Shown here piece by piece: positions 58,712 through 64,000 of a stretch of DNA of 64,000 nucleotides. Each line of letters begins with the position of its first letter. The first letter of the stretch is position 1. The translations under genes were made by a program, and so were the position numbers. The stretch spans positions 11,470,001 through 11,534,000 of the forward strand of contig OX597831.1 in NCBI GenBank assembly GCA_951406725.2, read 5' to 3'. A model generated the notes under the pieces. It was not told the origin of the DNA, did not search any database, and saw only the letters and a program-made list of their open reading frames with translations. Origin of the DNA: Octopus vulgaris. Taxonomy: Eukaryota.

Positions 58712-59380
58712 ATGGCTTCCCCCTCGTTATCGGGTATGGCCATTGCACGAAGCTTAACTGTTATTGGTGCTGTGATCGAATGTGACTTTTATTTGCTTTT
58801 TAAGGCTACAGCCAGCTATTCAGTTGAGACTCACAGCACTATCAACAATCATGAACAATGTTGCTATCGTGCAATGCCTGTGCAGGAAGATCTTTTTAAA
58901 GCGAGGAAAGGCTGTGCGCTGAGTCAATCAATTTCACTAAGCAACAGCAGCCATAATCCGAAAAGAAGAACAAGTCAACATCATCGGTAACCACTTAGCC
59001 GCAGGTTTTATGTCGGAGTTATCCCAGTTACATGAGTTACCTTCTCTTAGAAGGATGCCCTAACAAAGGCTAGGAGTCCTTCACTCCCAATGGTTTAACC
59101 GCGCGATCGGGCATTCAGTCCGATTATTTCTATGTCCCCGTGCATGATACAGCCTTAAGCCTTAAAATAAAATACACATTTATTAGATGGCAGTTGACTC
59201 TCAAGAGTTCCTCCGCCCTTTGACGGGTTTTGTTTTTCATACCGCAGGGTGTCCAATAAACACCCTCCTCACCAAGCAAGCAAGCTTGGTGGGGTTGCCG
59301 GTTTAGACGCCGACGGCCCGACCATGCAACAGGTTGTACTGGGTCACATGTTACCAGCAGCACACGAAAGTGACCTGACA
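58712..59380 (-). mobile_element. RTE-type LINE 5' UTR
   Basis: Minus strand TTAGGGCATCCTTCTAAGAGAAGGTAACTC..AAACC resembles RTE 5' UTR motifs as I recall them; the 5' end is homologous to 22060-22120. Confidence 0.55.
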
Positions 59381-59439
59381 TAATACATATATACATACAT
59401 ACATACATACATACATACATACATACATACATACATACA

Positions 59440-59501
<62 letters not shown>

Positions 59502-59800
59502 AACAGACAGATAGATAGATAAATATACATATATTTGTGTATCTTTCTTTATAAGACGTGCGTTCGACGTGATATACACGCATACACACAGCCATACAAA
59601 TACATTCATACATATACATACATACGCGCATGCATACATACATATCGTGTTGCTTCATAAATGTCTTAAATAAATCATGAACGTCCATCTTCCTTACCCT
59701 CTCATTTGCACAAACACACACACACATACATATATATACATATATATACATATATACATATATACATATATATATATATATGTTTGTGTATATGTATATG

Positions 59801-59832
<32 letters not shown>

Positions 59833-59833
59833 T

Positions 59834-59914
<81 letters not shown>

Positions 59915-60439
59915 TAGAGAGACTTACACACACATACAGACACACACACAAACACACACGTACATGTACAAGAATCAACAAGACCCATGGAAGATAGCAA
60001 ACGCATTCATTAATTGATTTTAATGGGTAGATTTCAACATTTACCCCACCGACACCAGCACCCACCCCCACAACCGCTACCCTCTATCCCTTAACCCCCA
60101 CCCCCATCCCCGCAGCAACAAGTAAATTATCTCCAACGAACGACAACAGTAGCAACAAAACGTCAACGGCCATAAAACCATTTTTTTTTTGTTTTGTTGT
60201 TTGTTTTTGCGAGACACGAGAAACCCCCGAAACTATTAAACGAGGACGTTGTTTCGTATCAGCCATTAAACACGATAACTACTCACGTTATCTTCTCTGC
60301 ATCCCCTTCCCCATTGTCACTGCTATCACCACGGCATGCTAACAAGGGAATGGGGGAGGCCCTTCGATGTGGACAAACGACAACCTGCTGGAAATAGCAG
60401 CTAAATCGTCATCCAGCAACGTCTTTGTTGATTTAGTAT

Positions 60440-60645
60440 TTTATTCTTTCACTTGTTTCTGTCATTTGACTGCGGCCATGCAGGGGCACCGCCTTTAGTA
60501 AAACAAATCGACCCCAGGACTTATTCTTTGTAAGCCTGGTACTTATCTTATCGGTCTCCTTTGCCGAACCGCTGGTCTACAGGGACGTAAACACGCCAAC
60601 ATCGGTTGTCAAGCGATGGTGGCGGGACAAACAGAGACACAAATA
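60440..60645 (-). mobile_element. SINE family A, 3' half (similar half copy at 56610-56838)
   Basis: Reverse-complement match. Confidence 0.85.
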
Positions 60646-60802
60646 CAGGCGAAATACGGCTACGCATTTCGCCCGGCGTGCTAACGTTTCTGCCAGCTGA
60701 GCGCTTCAAACCCCTATTTTCTCGATGAACTTCTTATGTATTTTGGACTCCCATGACAAAGGAACTTGACCTACGATAATCTGTCATCCATTTTGATTTT
60801 TG

Positions 60803-60853
<51 letters not shown>

Positions 60854-60959
60854 TTAGAGATAAAACCACTATTAGGCAAATCAAACAATGAAAAACTTAA
60901 GCCAATACATAAAATTAATTAATTTATATTATTTTAAATATATATCAAAAGTATTAAAA

Positions 60960-61048
<89 letters not shown>

Positions 61049-61350
61049 GTAGATAGATAACAAAAATCAAAACTCGGAGTAGGTAAAACAGGGGACAGCT
61101 GATGGAAGGATTGTTCTTTATGTTGCCTGTCTCATTTCTCTATTTGTTTCTCTCGTTGTTCGAAAAACAGTTCGTTTTCTAAGTTTTTGTTTTTTTATAT
61201 TCTCGTTTTTCATTTTGTTCACGGTTTTTTGACGTCCTGTACCCATATATGCATGTATATATACATATATATGTAGGTATGTATATGTATGTATATTTGC
61301 ATATATATATATATATATATATATTATTTAGATATATATATGCATACACA

Positions 61351-61434
<84 letters not shown>

Positions 61435-61435
61435 G

Positions 61436-61462
<27 letters not shown>

Positions 61463-61466
<4 letters not shown>

Positions 61467-61660
61467 GCATGGAATTTTGTCTGTGAACAGATCGCGGTTT
61501 CAAAGCGACGAAAATATTTTGACACAAATTAAATTCAAACGTTGAAGTGAATCTAACGGTTTTGTGTTTTTAAATGACTTCTAAACACAATCCTCTCTGC
61601 AATTGTTTTTGTTTCCGCACACGATCTCAGATCAGGTCACTTGCTATGCAAGTACATCTC
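61463..61660 (+). mobile_element. (TA)n-flanked short element with a G3-C8 hammerhead variant at 61478-61524
   Basis: TGTCt-GTGAACA-G-aTCGC-ggtttcaaa-GCGAc-GAAA-ATAT-TT-tGACA. Confidence 0.7.
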
Positions 61661-61854
61661 TATAAAGTATATACATCTATATATATTTATATAAATTTAA
61701 TTGGAGAATATGCTAACCTCGTGAAGGTATGGTTGCATCCAAGGACATACCTCTTCTTTTCTTCTTTTAACTGGATAGTGTTTTATCAATTTTTGAATGA
61801 TGAAATAATGTGTTTCCCTTATCATTATTGTATTATTAGTTATTATTGGTAGAG

Positions 61855-62017
61855 GGCCAACTTTCAAGTTCTCTTTACAGGGCTTAGAAAAACTGAAGGA
61901 CCGCTGCAATAAGTGTGTGAATCTGAGAGGGGAATGTGTTCAATAAAATCATAAATAACTGATCCTCTTGCATTTTCTTTTACCCAAAGCAAGGAAATTT
62001 ACACAGCATCCTCTCGT
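61855..62017 (+). mobile_element. Mariner transposon 3' end (C-terminus plus TIR remnant)
   Basis: QGLEKLKDRCNKCVNLRGECVQ* matches the mariner C-terminus (GI.KL..RW.KCV...GDY.E); ends CAGCATCCTCTCGT. A similar reverse TIR-like GGGGGATGCTGA lies at 14-25. Confidence 0.8.
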
Positions 62018-62067
62018 GTATATATATATATATCGTCTCCAGTCGAAAGACGCCTGTTGTTATGTCC

Positions 62068-62122
<55 letters not shown>

Positions 62123-62154
62123 GTGTTTTTGTATTATTTTTGTATTTATACTCG

Positions 62155-62398
62155 TGTAACGTCGTCCGTTTTTCCGTCCTTGTTTTCGTATACATTCGCC
62201 GCTTTATTCCATGGAATCTAATGCTCTTAGCTTAGTTTTTCCTTGGGGCAGGCCAGATTGGAGCAATCTTAAGATTAATCAGCCGAAATTGCGAGGATGA
62301 TCCGGTTCTTGACTGAAGATTAAAGGCTTCGAATGACCCGTCCGTGTTTTTCGTATCGTCTATCTGGATGTTTTGCGTTCTTGTCCCATTTTGTATTT
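62155..62398 (+). mobile_element. Short dispersed repeat related to 11763-11930
   Basis: Shared GACT.A.GA...AAGGC..CGAATGACCCG.CC..GTTTTT..GGATG..TTGCGTTC. Confidence 0.5.
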
Positions 62399-62400
62399 TA

Positions 62401-62812
62401 TTCTTTTATTCTTTTACTTGTTTCAGTCATTTGACTGCGGCCATGCTGGAGCACCGCCTTTAGTCGAGCAAATCGACCCCAGGACTTATTTTTTGTAAGC
62501 CTAGTACTTATTCTATCGGTCTCTTTAGCCGAACCGCTAAGTTACGGGGACGTAAGCACAGCCGCATCGGTTGTCAAGCGATGTTGGGGGGGGGGAGCAC
62601 AAGCACAAACACAGAAACATATACACACACATACATACATATATACATATATACGACGGGCTTCTTTCAGTTTCCGTCTACCAAATCCACTCACAAGGCA
62701 TTGGTCTGCCCGAGGCTATAGTAGAAGACACTTGCCCAAAGTGCCACGCAGTGGGACTGAACCCAGAACCATGTGGTTGGTAAGCAAGCTATTTACCACA
62801 CAGCTACTCCTA
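62401..62812 (-). mobile_element. SINE family A, full length
   Basis: Reverse-complement match. Confidence 0.92.
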
Positions 62813-62820
62813 TATATATA

Positions 62821-62883
<63 letters not shown>

Positions 62884-63279
62884 AAAGTAATACGAATAGA
62901 GAATATCACATGTTTATTTGAAGATTACATCATACAGGTAGAACGATCGTATCTATTTTATAAGCATTTTTAGATGTAAAACAAACTGCAAATTGTGTAA
63001 ATGGTAAAATTCAAAGACTAAAGCGTTAAGACGATATGTATATGGGGTTGGATCGAGCGGACATATGATTAAAAGCTTTCCTTCCGTGACCCTCTATACT
63101 TGTATTCAGGAAATGCAGAGCTTCCTTTAGCGTATACATTTCTGTGTGTGTTTGTGTTCGGGCTTCCTCCCGTTACCGCTCGCTAATCGATATTGGTTTG
63201 TTTACGTCTCCGTAAGCTAGAAGTTCGGTGAAAAAAAAAAGATTGAATAGGTGCCAAGTTTGGAACTAAACACTTAAAG

Positions 63280-63895
63280 ACAACCACCCCCACTCCCACC
63301 ACTATCACCTTAACCACAACCACCACCACCACACCACAACCACCACCACCACACCACAACCACCACCACCGCACCACAACCACCACCACCACCACCACTA
63401 TCACCACCACAACTACCACCACTACCATTACCACCACCACCACAACTATCACCACTACTATCACCACCACCACCACCACAACTATCACCACCACCACCAC
63501 CACAACTTCCACCACCATCACCACAACTACACAACCACTGTAACCACCACTATCACCACTATCCCCACTACCATCACCACCACCAACAATACCATCACCA
63601 CCACCACCACTATCACCTCAACCACAACAACCACCACCACACCACAACCACCACCACCACTACAACTACCACCACTACTATCACCGCAATTACCACCACT
63701 ATCAACACCACCACCACCACCACCACCACCACCACTACCACCACTATCACCAATACCGACACCAACAGAACCACCACCACCACCACCAATACCATCACTA
63801 TCATCACCGCCACCACCACCTCTGCAAGCACCACCGCCACTACCACCTCTACCATCATCACCTCTACCATCATCATCACCATCACCATCACCATC

Positions 63896-63929
<34 letters not shown>

Positions 63930-63945
63930 TCATCATCACCATCCC
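63280..63945. repeat. Degenerate (CAC/CAT/CAA)n low-complexity array
   Basis: Directly visible. Confidence 0.9.
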
Positions 63946-64000
63946 TATCGCTGCATCCTAACAACTGATAAAACCCCTTGTTTCTAATTGCTCTTTTGAC

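Overview
Eukaryotic, AT-rich, gene-poor DNA made mostly of microsatellites and transposon remnants. Its repeat repertoire looks like that of an octopus (coleoid cephalopod); this is inferred from the repeats, not from a search. I recognise no intact host protein-coding gene, and almost all ORF-track entries are microsatellite translations. Recognisable elements are: a Penelope-like element (PLE) with a GIY-YIG endonuclease remnant, tandem pseudo-LTRs and a fold-back 5' junction (1092-3205); mariner transposase pseudogenes; RTE and CR1-like LINE fragments; at least three tRNA-derived SINE families, several with clean target-site duplications; and a repeat that always abuts (AAT)n. The most striking signal is a set of minimal type I hammerhead-ribozyme motifs in PLE pseudo-LTRs and in short (TA)n-flanked non-coding elements. 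Across them the catalytic-core 3:8 pair appears as C-G, G-C and U-A, with palindromic (dimer-type) stem III. One motif lies just downstream of a tRNA-like Pol III promoter inside the PLE pseudo-LTR. Every individual copy carries at least one substitution, so activity is a hypothesis about the family consensus. Family labels A-E are my own.
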